A model generated the notes under the pieces. That model was not told where the DNA came from and made no database searches. It worked only from the letters and a program-made list of their open reading frames with translations. Positions 29,438-38,560 of a DNA stretch of 64,000 nt are shown here, piece after piece. Both the position numbers and the translations under genes were made by a program. Position 1 is the stretch's first letter; every line of letters starts with the position of its first letter. Location of the stretch: positions 256,001 through 320,000 of the forward strand of contig OZ244742.1 in assembly GCA_965219415.1 (NCBI GenBank). The letters are read 5' to 3'. This DNA is from Candidatus Marinacidobacterales bacterium. Its GTDB lineage: Bacteria; Acidobacteriota; Vicinamibacteria; Marinacidobacterales; DATDRI01.

Positions 29438-30295
29438 ATGCCTCGACTCGATGCAGGATCCCAACGAAGCTACCCTAGCCTTCTCTTCAAAGGACCCAGT
29501 GAGGACGTCGACGCGGCCCTCTGCACACTCTTCGAAGAACGCTGCCTAGGGACGGAAACGCTTCCGGGGGCCGCGTTTATACGCGCGTTTTTTCCCCCCC
29601 GCACAGATCTCGGACCGCTCAGCAAGCGACTTGCGCGGGCACTGCCTCGCCTTCGAATAGGCCCGGTCGTTGTCGTTGCCGAACAGGACTGGCTCGAGCA
29701 GTGGCGGAAGGGACTGACAGGTCTTGCACTGGGTGAGCGATTCTACGTCTCGCCGTCTTGGCAAAAGCCTCCAACGACCGGGCGCTTCGTCCTTCGTATC
29801 GACCCCGAGCAAGCGTTCGGCACGGGAAGTCACGACTCGACTCGGGTCTGCCTAGAACTCATCGAAGAATGCGCCGCACCGGGAATGAGCGCCATCGATG
29901 TAGGAACCGGAACCGGGATTTTGGCGATGGCGGCAGCAACGCTAGGCTGCGAGACGGTGCTCGCCATCGAAAACGATCCCGCGGCGGCATCTTGCGCGAG
30001 AGAGAACGTGAACCACAATGGGCTGGGTGAGCGAGTTGAAGTTCTGACTTGCGACCTTTCTGATGTTCGTCCGGACGCAGCCGATCTCGTTATCGCCAAC
30101 CTCACTCTTCCAATTCTGATTCGGCACCTCAAGAGACTGACCGCGTGGGCCGCGCCTCGTGGCGCGATCATCCTCTCCGGACTTCTGGTCTCGGAAGTCG
30201 AAGGTCTAATGAAGAGCCTCCCTTCCCATGTGGAACCAGTTCGTTACTACACGGCGGGCGAATGGGCCACCCTGCTCGCCCGCTCGACGGGTTGA
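29438..30295 (+). CDS. prmA: ribosomal protein L11 methyltransferase
   Basis: DW...W, IDPEQAFGTGSHDST and DVGTGTGILA motifs; conserved position after dnaJ. Confidence 0.93.
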   Translation: MPRLDAGSQRSYPSLLFKGPSEDVDAALCTLFEERCLGTETLPGAAFIRAFFPPRTDLGPLSKRLARALPRLRIGPVVVVAEQDWLEQWRKGLTGLALGERFYVSPSWQKPPTTGRFVLRIDPEQAFGTGSHDSTRVCLELIEECAAPGMSAIDVGTGTGILAMAAATLGCETVLAIENDPAAASCARENVNHNGLGERVEVLTCDLSDVRPDAADLVIANLTLPILIRHLKRLTAWAAPRGAIILSGLLVSEVEGLMKSLPSHVEPVRYYTAGEWATLLARSTG

Positions 30296-31002
30296 TGCGG
30301 GAACGACGCTTCCTCATGCCTGATATCCCCACTGAGGGCGAGGTGGTGATCGCCGGTGCCGAGGCGCACCATTTGCTACACGTACTTCGATTGCGCCCAG
30401 ACGACGAAGTCGTCCTCTTCGACGGGCAAGGCAAGGAATTTGAAGCTGTCTTGACGCGCTGCGACAAAACAACCGCCGCGGCGAAGCTACTCAAGCCCGT
30501 CGCCACCCGAGAATCCCCTCTCGAGCTCACCGTGGCGGTCGCCGTACCAAAAACGGACAGCATGGCCCGGATCGTCCAAAAGCTCACCGAGCTGGGTGTT
30601 CACCGTATCGTTCCCCTGCTAACTAGTCGCACCGCGGTGTCCCCTCGCCGTGCAGCGGGACAGTCAGCCCGCTGGCGCCGGATCGCAGAGGAAGCGTGCA
30701 AACAATCGGGCCGCGGAGTCGTTCCGCAAATAGAAGACGCCGTCGCCTTCGAAGATTTCATCGAACGTGATGATCACTCGTGCCGCCTTCTGTTCACCCT
30801 GGGCGGGCCGTCTCTCCGTGGCGGACCCCGCCCGTCACCTTGTCTGGTAATCATCGGCCCGGAAGGCGGTTGGGCCGAAGAGGAGCTCGCCGCCGCCCTC
30901 GCCAAGGGATTCGAACCGGTCGGACTTGGGCCTCGAACTCTCCGGACAGAGACTGCAGCCCTGGCGGCCACGGCGATCTTGGAGTGGCTTTCACAACGCT
31001 GA
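30295..31002 (+). CDS. rsmE: 16S rRNA m3U1498 methyltransferase
   Basis: HHLLHVLRL, KLTELGV, EACKQSGR, IGPEGG and LGPRTLRTETA motifs. Confidence 0.95.
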   Translation: MRERRFLMPDIPTEGEVVIAGAEAHHLLHVLRLRPDDEVVLFDGQGKEFEAVLTRCDKTTAAAKLLKPVATRESPLELTVAVAVPKTDSMARIVQKLTELGVHRIVPLLTSRTAVSPRRAAGQSARWRRIAEEACKQSGRGVVPQIEDAVAFEDFIERDDHSCRLLFTLGGPSLRGGPRPSPCLVIIGPEGGWAEEELAAALAKGFEPVGLGPRTLRTETAALAATAILEWLSQR

Positions 31003-31069
31003 GCCCATCCGCACCAATCCAGACGGGGCCGTTAGAGAAATTTCCTGATGGTGCTATACTTCGGCGCGG

Positions 31070-32008
31070 ATGTTTCTCCTCGGTCAAGAGATCGGCAAGT
31101 ATCAAATCCTCCAGACTCTAGGTAGCGGCGGCTTCGGCACCGTCTACCTAGTCAAAGACACTTGGATCGACAAGAAGTTCGCGATCAAAGTTCCGCACCG
31201 TCAGAGCGTCGATTTCACCGAGCTTCTTCGGGAGCCCAGGTTACTGGCCGCGCTGGATCACGACAACATCGTACGAATAGTTACCGCCGAGAAGGCCGAC
31301 GATTACTTCTTCATCGTCATGGAGTTCGTCGAAGGAGAAACTCTCGAAGCGATCCTGAGCCAGGACAAGGTGATCGACCTTCCGCGGGCGCTTGCGTTCT
31401 CCCGAGAGCTTTGCGACGGGGTAGACTACGCTCACCGCCAAGGTGTTCTGCACCGAGATCTTCGTCCAGGAAATGTGCTTATCACCGAGTCGGGCAACGT
31501 CAAGATCGCCGATTTCGGTACTTCGCGGTTTCTAGAGATAGCCGATCACGCCTCCACCATCATCGGGAGTCCCCCCTATATGGCGCCGGAGCAATTCCAG
31601 GGGCGGACGGTCTTCGCCTCCGACGTCTACTCCATCGGCGTCATCATGTACGAGATGATGACCGGCTCACTTCCCTACTTCAGCACCAACCCCAGACAGC
31701 TGGAAAAGATGGCGGCCTCGGGACGGTTGGTCCCGCCCAGAGAGCGAAACCGCTCCGTCTCTCGAGAGATCAATGAAATCGTTGAAAAGGCCCTCGCTCC
31801 CGAAGTGACCGACCGGTATCAGGGGGCCGGTGAGCTCCTCGATGACCTGGCCACGGTCTCCGAGATCGACTACCGAGCGTCGCGATTGACCGACATCCGG
31901 AAGCGACTCAAGGCGCGCGAACGGCCCACGAGCCGGTTCTGCTGGCACTGCCGGAAGCCCGTCCACCCTCGCGCCGAGAACTGCCCCTTTTGTAACGAGA
32001 AGCAGTAA
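31070..32008 (+). CDS. soluble Hanks-type Ser/Thr protein kinase with C-terminal zinc ribbon
   Basis: LGSGGFGTVY, AIK, HRDLRPGN, DFG, GSPPYMAPE and SDVYSIG motifs; C-terminal CWHC...CPFC. Confidence 0.94.
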   Translation: MFLLGQEIGKYQILQTLGSGGFGTVYLVKDTWIDKKFAIKVPHRQSVDFTELLREPRLLAALDHDNIVRIVTAEKADDYFFIVMEFVEGETLEAILSQDKVIDLPRALAFSRELCDGVDYAHRQGVLHRDLRPGNVLITESGNVKIADFGTSRFLEIADHASTIIGSPPYMAPEQFQGRTVFASDVYSIGVIMYEMMTGSLPYFSTNPRQLEKMAASGRLVPPRERNRSVSREINEIVEKALAPEVTDRYQGAGELLDDLATVSEIDYRASRLTDIRKRLKARERPTSRFCWHCRKPVHPRAENCPFCNEKQ

Positions 32009-32191
32009 GGCCGGCCTAGCCCGGGCCCGCTACATGCTGGCGTCAAAATGGGAGGTTGCCAGTAATCGACCTAGCCAGACGCCGAAACAAGACGGTACCC
32101 TCGGACGGCAAAATACGCAGTTGCTCATGCTCAAGGTGGCCAGGCGTCGGTGCGGGGGAGTTACCCCTACCACCCCTCCTGGCCGAACATG

Positions 32192-32229
32192 TTGACAGAA
32201 TTGGGTTTTTTGCCCTAGGATGGTATGAT
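32192..32229 (+). promoter_or_regulatory. putative sigma70 promoter(s) of ilvE
   Basis: TTGACA (32192-32197), 18 nt, TAGGAT, plus an overlapping extended -10 TGGTATGAT. Confidence 0.65.
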
Positions 32230-32298
32230 TAGGGTGATATTTGGACTAATCCACCGGGAAACAACTCACGAATTTATCCGGGCGAGGATGAGCAGTAC

Positions 32299-33267
32299 GT
32301 GCTTCCGAAATCTGAGAAAATCTGGATGAACGGTAAATTCGTCCCCTGGGATGAGGCGACCATTCACGTTGGTTCTCACGTCGTTCACTATGGGTCTGCT
32401 CTCTTCGAGGGGATTCGTTGTTACAACACGGCCAATGGGCCGGGAGTCTTCCGACTCGAGCCGCATGTGGAGCGGCTCTTCAACTCCTGTAAGATCTATA
32501 GGATGGAGATTCCCTTTAGCCCCGAGGAGTTAACCGAAGCGATCCTCGAGACCATCCGTGTCAACTCTATGGACGAATGTTACATACGCCCCATCGTGTT
32601 TCGAGGTTATCACTCGCTCGGCGTCAATCCCTTTCCCTGCCCGGTCGAGTGTTACGTCATGGTCTGGAAATGGGGCAAGTACCTCGGCGAAGAGGCCATC
32701 GCTCAAGGCGTCGATGTCCGCGTCTCGTCCTGGAATCGAGTCGCACCCAACACGTTTCCGACAACGGCCAAGGCCGGTGCCAACTACATGAACGCGCAGC
32801 TCATCAAGATGGAGGCTGTCGTAGAAGGCTACGCCGAAGGAATCGCTCTCGACACTTTTGGTTTCGTGAGCGAGGGCAGTGGCGAGAACCTATTCTTGGT
32901 ATCGAATGGAACCTTGATGACGCCGCCCTATCAATCCATGATTTTGCCAGGTATTACTCGAGATTCCGTACTGACGCTGGCCAACGATGCAGGCATCCCG
33001 ACCAAAGAACAGGTCATTCCTCGCGAGGCACTCTATACGGCGGATGAGGTCTTCATGGTAGGGACCGCGGCCGAGATCACGCCGGTCCGCTCCATCGATA
33101 AGATCCCGGTGGGCCTCGGAAAGCGGGGCCCGATAACCAAGCGTCTTCAAGATGAGTTTTTCGGAATCCTTAGCGGTGAACGAAAGGACCGTCACGATTG
33201 GTTCACCTACACCGCCGAAGCTTCTCGTGAGGGGTTGTCCAAAAAGGAAGCCGGGTCTGCGGCCTGA
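32299..33267 (+). CDS. ilvE: branched-chain amino acid aminotransferase
   Basis: HYG..LFEGIRCY, AKAGANY, EGSGENLF, ILPGITR and GTAAEITP motifs. Confidence 0.97.
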   Translation: MLPKSEKIWMNGKFVPWDEATIHVGSHVVHYGSALFEGIRCYNTANGPGVFRLEPHVERLFNSCKIYRMEIPFSPEELTEAILETIRVNSMDECYIRPIVFRGYHSLGVNPFPCPVECYVMVWKWGKYLGEEAIAQGVDVRVSSWNRVAPNTFPTTAKAGANYMNAQLIKMEAVVEGYAEGIALDTFGFVSEGSGENLFLVSNGTLMTPPYQSMILPGITRDSVLTLANDAGIPTKEQVIPREALYTADEVFMVGTAAEITPVRSIDKIPVGLGKRGPITKRLQDEFFGILSGERKDRHDWFTYTAEASREGLSKKEAGSAA

Positions 33268-33326
33268 TGAAGATACCGGAACGTCGACGGCGATTCGCAT
33301 AAGCGACGTTTGAAAGGGGCGAAACG

Positions 33327-34484
33327 ATGCATATCAACGATCTCTTGAAGATCGCTTCGGAGCGCAAGGCTTCCGACTTGCATTTGAAGGTCGGCAGCCA
33401 TCCTGTGCTCCGGATCAACGGAGAGCTTGTGCCTCTGGTCGAGATGAAGAGACTCATGCAGGAAGACACCATCGCCATGGCGTTCTCCATCATGAGCAAC
33501 CGTCAAAAGCAGAAGTTCAAGGATAATCTCGAGATCGATATCGCCTACGGTGTTCCCGGTTTGGGCCGCTTCCGTTGTAACGTATTCCAGCAGCGTGGAA
33601 CGGTCGGCTTGGTCCTCCGTGTCATCCCGGTCAAGATTCTCACGATACGGGAGCTTGGCCTACCGCTGGTCCTCGAGAAAATCGCCAAAGAAACACGAGG
33701 ACTCATCCTCTGTACCGGAACGACCGGTTCCGGTAAGTCGACCACCCTCGCCGCGATGATCGACTACATCAACGCTCATCGCTGCGAGCACATCATGACT
33801 ATCGAAGATCCGATCGAGTTCTTGCACCGAGACAAGAAATCCATCGTCAACCAGCGCGAGGTGGAGGTCGATACCAAGAGTTTCGCCGGCGCCTTGCGTA
33901 GCGCTTTGCGTCAGGACCCCGATGTCATCCTGGTTGGCGAGATGCGTGACTACGAAACGATCGAGACCGCCATCACTGCCGCAGAGACGGGCCATCTCGT
34001 GCTCTCGACGCTGCACACCCTGGACGCGACCGAAACTATCAACCGGATCATTTCGGTCTTCCCGCCCCATCAGCAGAAACAGATTCGGCTCCAGTTGGCA
34101 GGCGTTTTGAAGGCGGTCGTCTCCATGCGATTGATCCCCCGCGTGGATGGCAATGATCGAGTCCCCGCCGTCGAAGTGATGATCGCCACCCCGTTCATCC
34201 GCGACTGCATCATCAACAAGGACAAGACCAAACTAATCCACGAAGCGATCGCCGCTGGAGTTTCGCAATACGGAATGCAGACCTTCGACCAGTCCATCTT
34301 CAATCTCTACAAGAAAGACCTCATCACCTACGATGAGGCCCTACGCCGGGCGAGTAACCCTGACGAGTTCAAACTCAAGATCCAGGGTATTCAGTCCACC
34401 AGCGACCTGGCTCAAGAGGAGATGGAGAAGAGCATGTCCGACTTCATGGATGACCGGGGTGATTCCGAGTTCGAATTCAGCTAG
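33327..34484 (+). CDS. pilT: type IV pilus retraction ATPase PilT/PilU family
   Basis: ASDLHL, GTTGSGKSTT, TIEDPIE, LRQDPDVILVGEMRD, AETGHLV.STLHT and GMQTFDQ motifs. Confidence 0.95.
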   Translation: MHINDLLKIASERKASDLHLKVGSHPVLRINGELVPLVEMKRLMQEDTIAMAFSIMSNRQKQKFKDNLEIDIAYGVPGLGRFRCNVFQQRGTVGLVLRVIPVKILTIRELGLPLVLEKIAKETRGLILCTGTTGSGKSTTLAAMIDYINAHRCEHIMTIEDPIEFLHRDKKSIVNQREVEVDTKSFAGALRSALRQDPDVILVGEMRDYETIETAITAAETGHLVLSTLHTLDATETINRIISVFPPHQQKQIRLQLAGVLKAVVSMRLIPRVDGNDRVPAVEVMIATPFIRDCIINKDKTKLIHEAIAAGVSQYGMQTFDQSIFNLYKKDLITYDEALRRASNPDEFKLKIQGIQSTSDLAQEEMEKSMSDFMDDRGDSEFEFS

Positions 34485-34503
34485 GAAGGGCAAGCGCACA
34501 AGC

Positions 34504-34962
34504 GTAAACCGCTCGCCTCTGGAATTCGCCCTGATCCGGCTGGCCCGACGCGCGCATAGCGAAGGGGAGCTCACCTTCAAAATGGAACGCGCAGGCTACC
34601 CGGCATCCGAGATTTCTGCGACCCTCGCTGAGCTGCGCAACCGACGTTACGTCGATGATCTCGCCTTTGCGCAGGCTTTCGCACATGCGGCACGACGCCG
34701 CAAACACTGGGGGCCGGCCCGAATCGCCCAAGGGCTCCTCAAACGCGGGCTCGCCGGTTCTCACATCGCGCAAGCGGTGGCGGAAGCGTTTCCGGCGGGA
34801 GAATCCGAATCGGTGGCCGAAGGACTCGAACGTTTTCGGCGCACCGATCGACGACCTGGCACGCCCCGCCAAAGACTGGCTCGGGCGTATCGGCACTTGT
34901 ACGGGCGGGGGTTCAGCCCGGAGGCGATACGAGAAGCATTGCAAAGCAAAGACGACGCATGA
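34504..34962 (+). CDS. recX: regulatory protein RecX (start codon uncertain)
   Basis: LARRAHSEGEL, YVDDLAFA, GPARIAQGLLKRG and L.GRGFS motifs; conserved recX-alaS order. No standard start codon is visible after the pilT stop. Confidence 0.85.
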   Translation, partial: VNRSPLEFALIRLARRAHSEGELTFKMERAGYPASEISATLAELRNRRYVDDLAFAQAFAHAARRRKHWGPARIAQGLLKRGLAGSHIAQAVAEAFPAGESESVAEGLERFRRTDRRPGTPRQRLARAYRHLYGRGFSPEAIREALQSKDDA

Positions 34963-37655
34963 CTGAGAGGACTGGACCCCACATGACATCCGCCGAGCTC
35001 AGAAAGCGCTTCCTCGGCTTTTTCGAAGAGCGTGGGCATCGTGTGGTCCCGAGTTCGTCTCTCGTACCTCACAATGATCCGACGCTCCTCTTTATTAACG
35101 CCGGGATGAACCAATTCAAGGATGTCTTTTTGGGAGTAGAGAAACGCGACTACCTTCGTGCCACCAGCGTACAAAAGTGCGTGCGGGCGGGGGGCAAACA
35201 CAACGACTTGGAAAACGTCGGCGTGACCGCGCGGCATCACACGTTCTTCGAAATGCTAGGCAATTTCTCCTTCGGGGACTATTTCAAGAAAGACGCTATC
35301 GATTTCGGTTGGGACTTCCTCACCAAAGAGCTCGAGCTGCCATCCGAGAGATTGGCAGTGTCCGTCTTCGAAGGCGACGACGAGGTTGCGGCCGACGACG
35401 AGGCCGCCAAGCATTGGGCCGGCCACGTCCCGACAGAGCGAATTCACCGCTTGGGCCGGGAGGATAACTTCTGGTCGATGGGAGACACTGGGCCCTGCGG
35501 ACCGTGCTCGGAGGTCCATTTCCACCAGGGTGATCACCTTCCCTGCCAAGCCCTCAAGGGTTGCCTGGGCGTGGCCTGTGAGTGCGATCGATGGCTCGAG
35601 ATCTGGAATCTAGTGTTCATGCAGTTCAACCGTAACACGGACGGCAAAACAAACGCACTCCCCGCTCCGAGTGTAGACACCGGAATGGGCTTGGAGCGGA
35701 TTTCCGCCGTATCGCAGGGAGTCGATAGCAACTACGACACCGACCTGTTCAAACCCTATATCGCCGAGATCGAATCTCTCACCGGCAAGACGTACGGCGT
35801 CGCGCCAGAGGACGATGTCTCGTTCCGAGTCGTTGCCGATCACGTTCGGGCCACGACGTTCCTTGTCACCGACGGAGTGATGCCCCAGAACGAAGGCCGC
35901 GGTTACGTGTTGCGCAAGATCATGCGCCGCGCCATGCGTCACGGAAAACGTCTGGGGCTTGAGGAACCGTTCCTCCACGAGTTGACGAGAACGGTTGTGG
36001 AGCAAATGCAAGAGGCCTATCCCGAATTGTTGCTGGGCCAAGACCTCGTGAACCGCGTGGTGCACTCGGAAGAGGATAGATTCAAGACCACGTTGGCTAC
36101 CGGAATCGTTGCCCTGGAGAAAGTGCTCGACGGCGTGCCAGAGGGTGGTCGGCTCGCCGGACCCGACGCCTTCAAGCTCTACGACACTTTCGGTTTACCG
36201 CTCGACATGCTCGACGAGATCTCATCCGAGCAAGGGATAGCCGTCGATGCAGAGGGTTTCGAAAAGGAGATGGCGGAACAACGCCGCCGCGCCCGTGAAT
36301 CGTGGAAGAGGGCCGCCGCCGACAGGAGTATCGACAAGAGTATCTACGGAGACATTCACAACCGAGTAGAGACTCAGTTTCTCGGCCATGAGCGAACGGT
36401 GGTCGATGACGCCCAAGTCATCGCTCTCACCCAGGAGGATAAGGAAGTTCCGACCCTCGTCGAGGGTCAGGAAGGCCAAGTGTTTCTCGACTACACCCCC
36501 TTTTATGCCGAAGGCGGTGGGCAGGTAGGCGACCGGGGCATTTTGTCCGGCCCAGATGGCGTGGCCGACGTGCTGGACACGCAGGTGCCCGTCCCCGGGG
36601 TTTATGCCCATCGAGTTCGCATGAGAAAGGGTGCTCTGGCGCGTGACCAGAGAGTCGCGGCTCGCGTCGATGAGCAAACTCGAAGCGCCACCGCCGCTCA
36701 CCACACCACGACACACATGCTCCACGCCGCTCTTCGAGAAACCCTGGGGCCGCACGTGAAGCAATCCGGTTCGCTGGTGGCATCCGATCGCCTCCGTTTC
36801 GATTTCTCGCATTTCGCACCGGTGCAACCGGGCGAGCTCGAAACGATCGAAAGCCGTGTTAACGACAAGATCCAAGAAGACCTCGCGGTAGAAACTGCGG
36901 AGATGCCCATCGACAAGGCTCTCGAGCGAGGGGCCATCGCCTTCTTCGGTGAAAAATACGGGGATCGCGTGCGGGTGGTCGAGGTACCGGATTTCAGTAT
37001 CGAGCTGTGTGGCGGAACGCACCTTCACCGCACCGGTCAGGCCGGTTTGTTCGTGCTGACGTCGGAGTCTTCCATTTCCGCCGGGGTGCGCCGGGTAGAG
37101 GCTCTGACCGGTCAGGCCGCCGTGGATTACATTCGCTCTCAGAGACGGCTAGTGGACGGCGTCAGCCAAGCACTTCGAGCCCAGCCGGAGGAGCTCATCG
37201 CATCCGCGGAACGCCTGCGCGACGAGCTCAAGAAACGCGAGAAGGAAATCGAACAGCTGAAGCTAAAGCTAGCCACTGGCGCACCGCAGTCTGCCAAGGA
37301 CCGAAGCAACGAGATCGGGGGCGTTCTGGTGTGGACACCGGAGCCTCTGCAAAACTACGACAAGAAGGAACACCGCCAGTTCATGGATGCATTCAAGAAC
37401 AAAAACCAGAATCGTTCTTGGATCGCGATCTCCGGAGCCATCAACGACGAAAAAGTCTCGGTGATCGTCGAAGTGTCACCGGATGTCACCAAGCGGTTGC
37501 CGGCCAACCAGCTCATGAAGCACTTGCTGCCCATCATCGACGGACGGGGCGGAGGGAAAGCCGAACGCGCCGAGGCCGGCGGACGCCATCCGGAACGACT
37601 CGAGAATCTCTACGAAGAGGGACGTAAGACGGTTCGCGAAACACTCGGGGGTTGA
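34959..37655 (+). CDS. alaS: alanine--tRNA ligase
   Basis: DPTLLFINAGMNQFK, HHTFFEMLGNFSFGDYFK, editing-domain HTTTH and ELCGGTH motifs. Confidence 0.98.
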   Translation: MTERTGPHMTSAELRKRFLGFFEERGHRVVPSSSLVPHNDPTLLFINAGMNQFKDVFLGVEKRDYLRATSVQKCVRAGGKHNDLENVGVTARHHTFFEMLGNFSFGDYFKKDAIDFGWDFLTKELELPSERLAVSVFEGDDEVAADDEAAKHWAGHVPTERIHRLGREDNFWSMGDTGPCGPCSEVHFHQGDHLPCQALKGCLGVACECDRWLEIWNLVFMQFNRNTDGKTNALPAPSVDTGMGLERISAVSQGVDSNYDTDLFKPYIAEIESLTGKTYGVAPEDDVSFRVVADHVRATTFLVTDGVMPQNEGRGYVLRKIMRRAMRHGKRLGLEEPFLHELTRTVVEQMQEAYPELLLGQDLVNRVVHSEEDRFKTTLATGIVALEKVLDGVPEGGRLAGPDAFKLYDTFGLPLDMLDEISSEQGIAVDAEGFEKEMAEQRRRARESWKRAAADRSIDKSIYGDIHNRVETQFLGHERTVVDDAQVIALTQEDKEVPTLVEGQEGQVFLDYTPFYAEGGGQVGDRGILSGPDGVADVLDTQVPVPGVYAHRVRMRKGALARDQRVAARVDEQTRSATAAHHTTTHMLHAALRETLGPHVKQSGSLVASDRLRFDFSHFAPVQPGELETIESRVNDKIQEDLAVETAEMPIDKALERGAIAFFGEKYGDRVRVVEVPDFSIELCGGTHLHRTGQAGLFVLTSESSISAGVRRVEALTGQAAVDYIRSQRRLVDGVSQALRAQPEELIASAERLRDELKKREKEIEQLKLKLATGAPQSAKDRSNEIGGVLVWTPEPLQNYDKKEHRQFMDAFKNKNQNRSWIAISGAINDEKVSVIVEVSPDVTKRLPANQLMKHLLPIIDGRGGGKAERAEAGGRHPERLENLYEEGRKTVRETLGG

Positions 37656-38525
37656 ATGAAGGAAAAGACGCTCGCCGGTTGGTGTTTGGGAGTAGCCCTA
37701 TCGCTCATCGCGATGGACGCAAATGCTCAGATTTACGGCTTCACCAACGAAAAGGGTGTCCTCATTCTGTCCAACGTTCCCACCGATGGTCGAATGAATC
37801 TCATCGCAAGGGGGAACCCCGCAGAGGCCGGCAAGGTCTGGCGCTACAGTGGGCAATACGATCCGATAATCTTGAAGGCGGCGCGAGAATCCGGAGTGGA
37901 TCACGCCCTGGTGAAGGCCGTCATCGCGGTCGAGTCGGCCTTCAATCGCTTCGCGCGTTCCCACAAGGGAGCACAAGGGCTCATGCAGCTCATGCCCGAG
38001 ACGGGCCGAAGATATGGCCTGGTCAACCCCTATGACCCATGGCAAAACGTACGCGCCGGCACCAGGCACCTTCGGGACCTGCTCGACGAGTTCAAAGATC
38101 TTCGGCTCTCGTTGGCGGCCTACAATGCGGGCCCAACGCCTGTCCGACGCCTAAAGAGGGTCCCGCCGTACAAGGAGACGCAGAACTACGTAAAGAAGGT
38201 TCTCGCTGTCTACCGTGCCGGCTCGCGGCTCCGAATTACCAAGGGTGGCCGCACATACAAGTATCGACCGGCCGGGGGGCAAGACTCGGGTCACCGGAGG
38301 ACGAACCAAGACCGCCAAGGCCGCACCGCCAACGGCCAAGGCTGCGGAACCGGCCCCCCCTCTGCCGAGCCAACCGCGGCTACCGTCGTCGAAACGGTCG
38401 CACCCCACCAAAATGACGTGACCGGCACGGAGCTTCGCTACTACCGCTACCGGGACGAAAATGGCGTCATCTATATCACCAGGACGCGACCGTCGGGTGT
38501 AGAATACGAGGTTCTGGAGCCCTGA
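37656..38525 (+). CDS. exported lytic transglycosylase (SLT domain) with DUF4124-like modules
   Basis: Signal peptide, VIAVESAF, GAQGLMQLMP, AAYNAG and ETQNYV motifs. Confidence 0.92.
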   Translation: MKEKTLAGWCLGVALSLIAMDANAQIYGFTNEKGVLILSNVPTDGRMNLIARGNPAEAGKVWRYSGQYDPIILKAARESGVDHALVKAVIAVESAFNRFARSHKGAQGLMQLMPETGRRYGLVNPYDPWQNVRAGTRHLRDLLDEFKDLRLSLAAYNAGPTPVRRLKRVPPYKETQNYVKKVLAVYRAGSRLRITKGGRTYKYRPAGGQDSGHRRTNQDRQGRTANGQGCGTGPPSAEPTAATVVETVAPHQNDVTGTELRYYRYRDENGVIYITRTRPSGVEYEVLEP

Positions 38526-38560
38526 CAAGGATACGTTGGCCGGACCCAGGCGGGAGACCC

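Noticed and set aside
32009-32298. T-box or leader-peptide attenuator for ilvE
   Set aside because: No T-box consensus, no Leu/Ile/Val-rich short ORF and no U-tract terminator between the promoter and the start codon.
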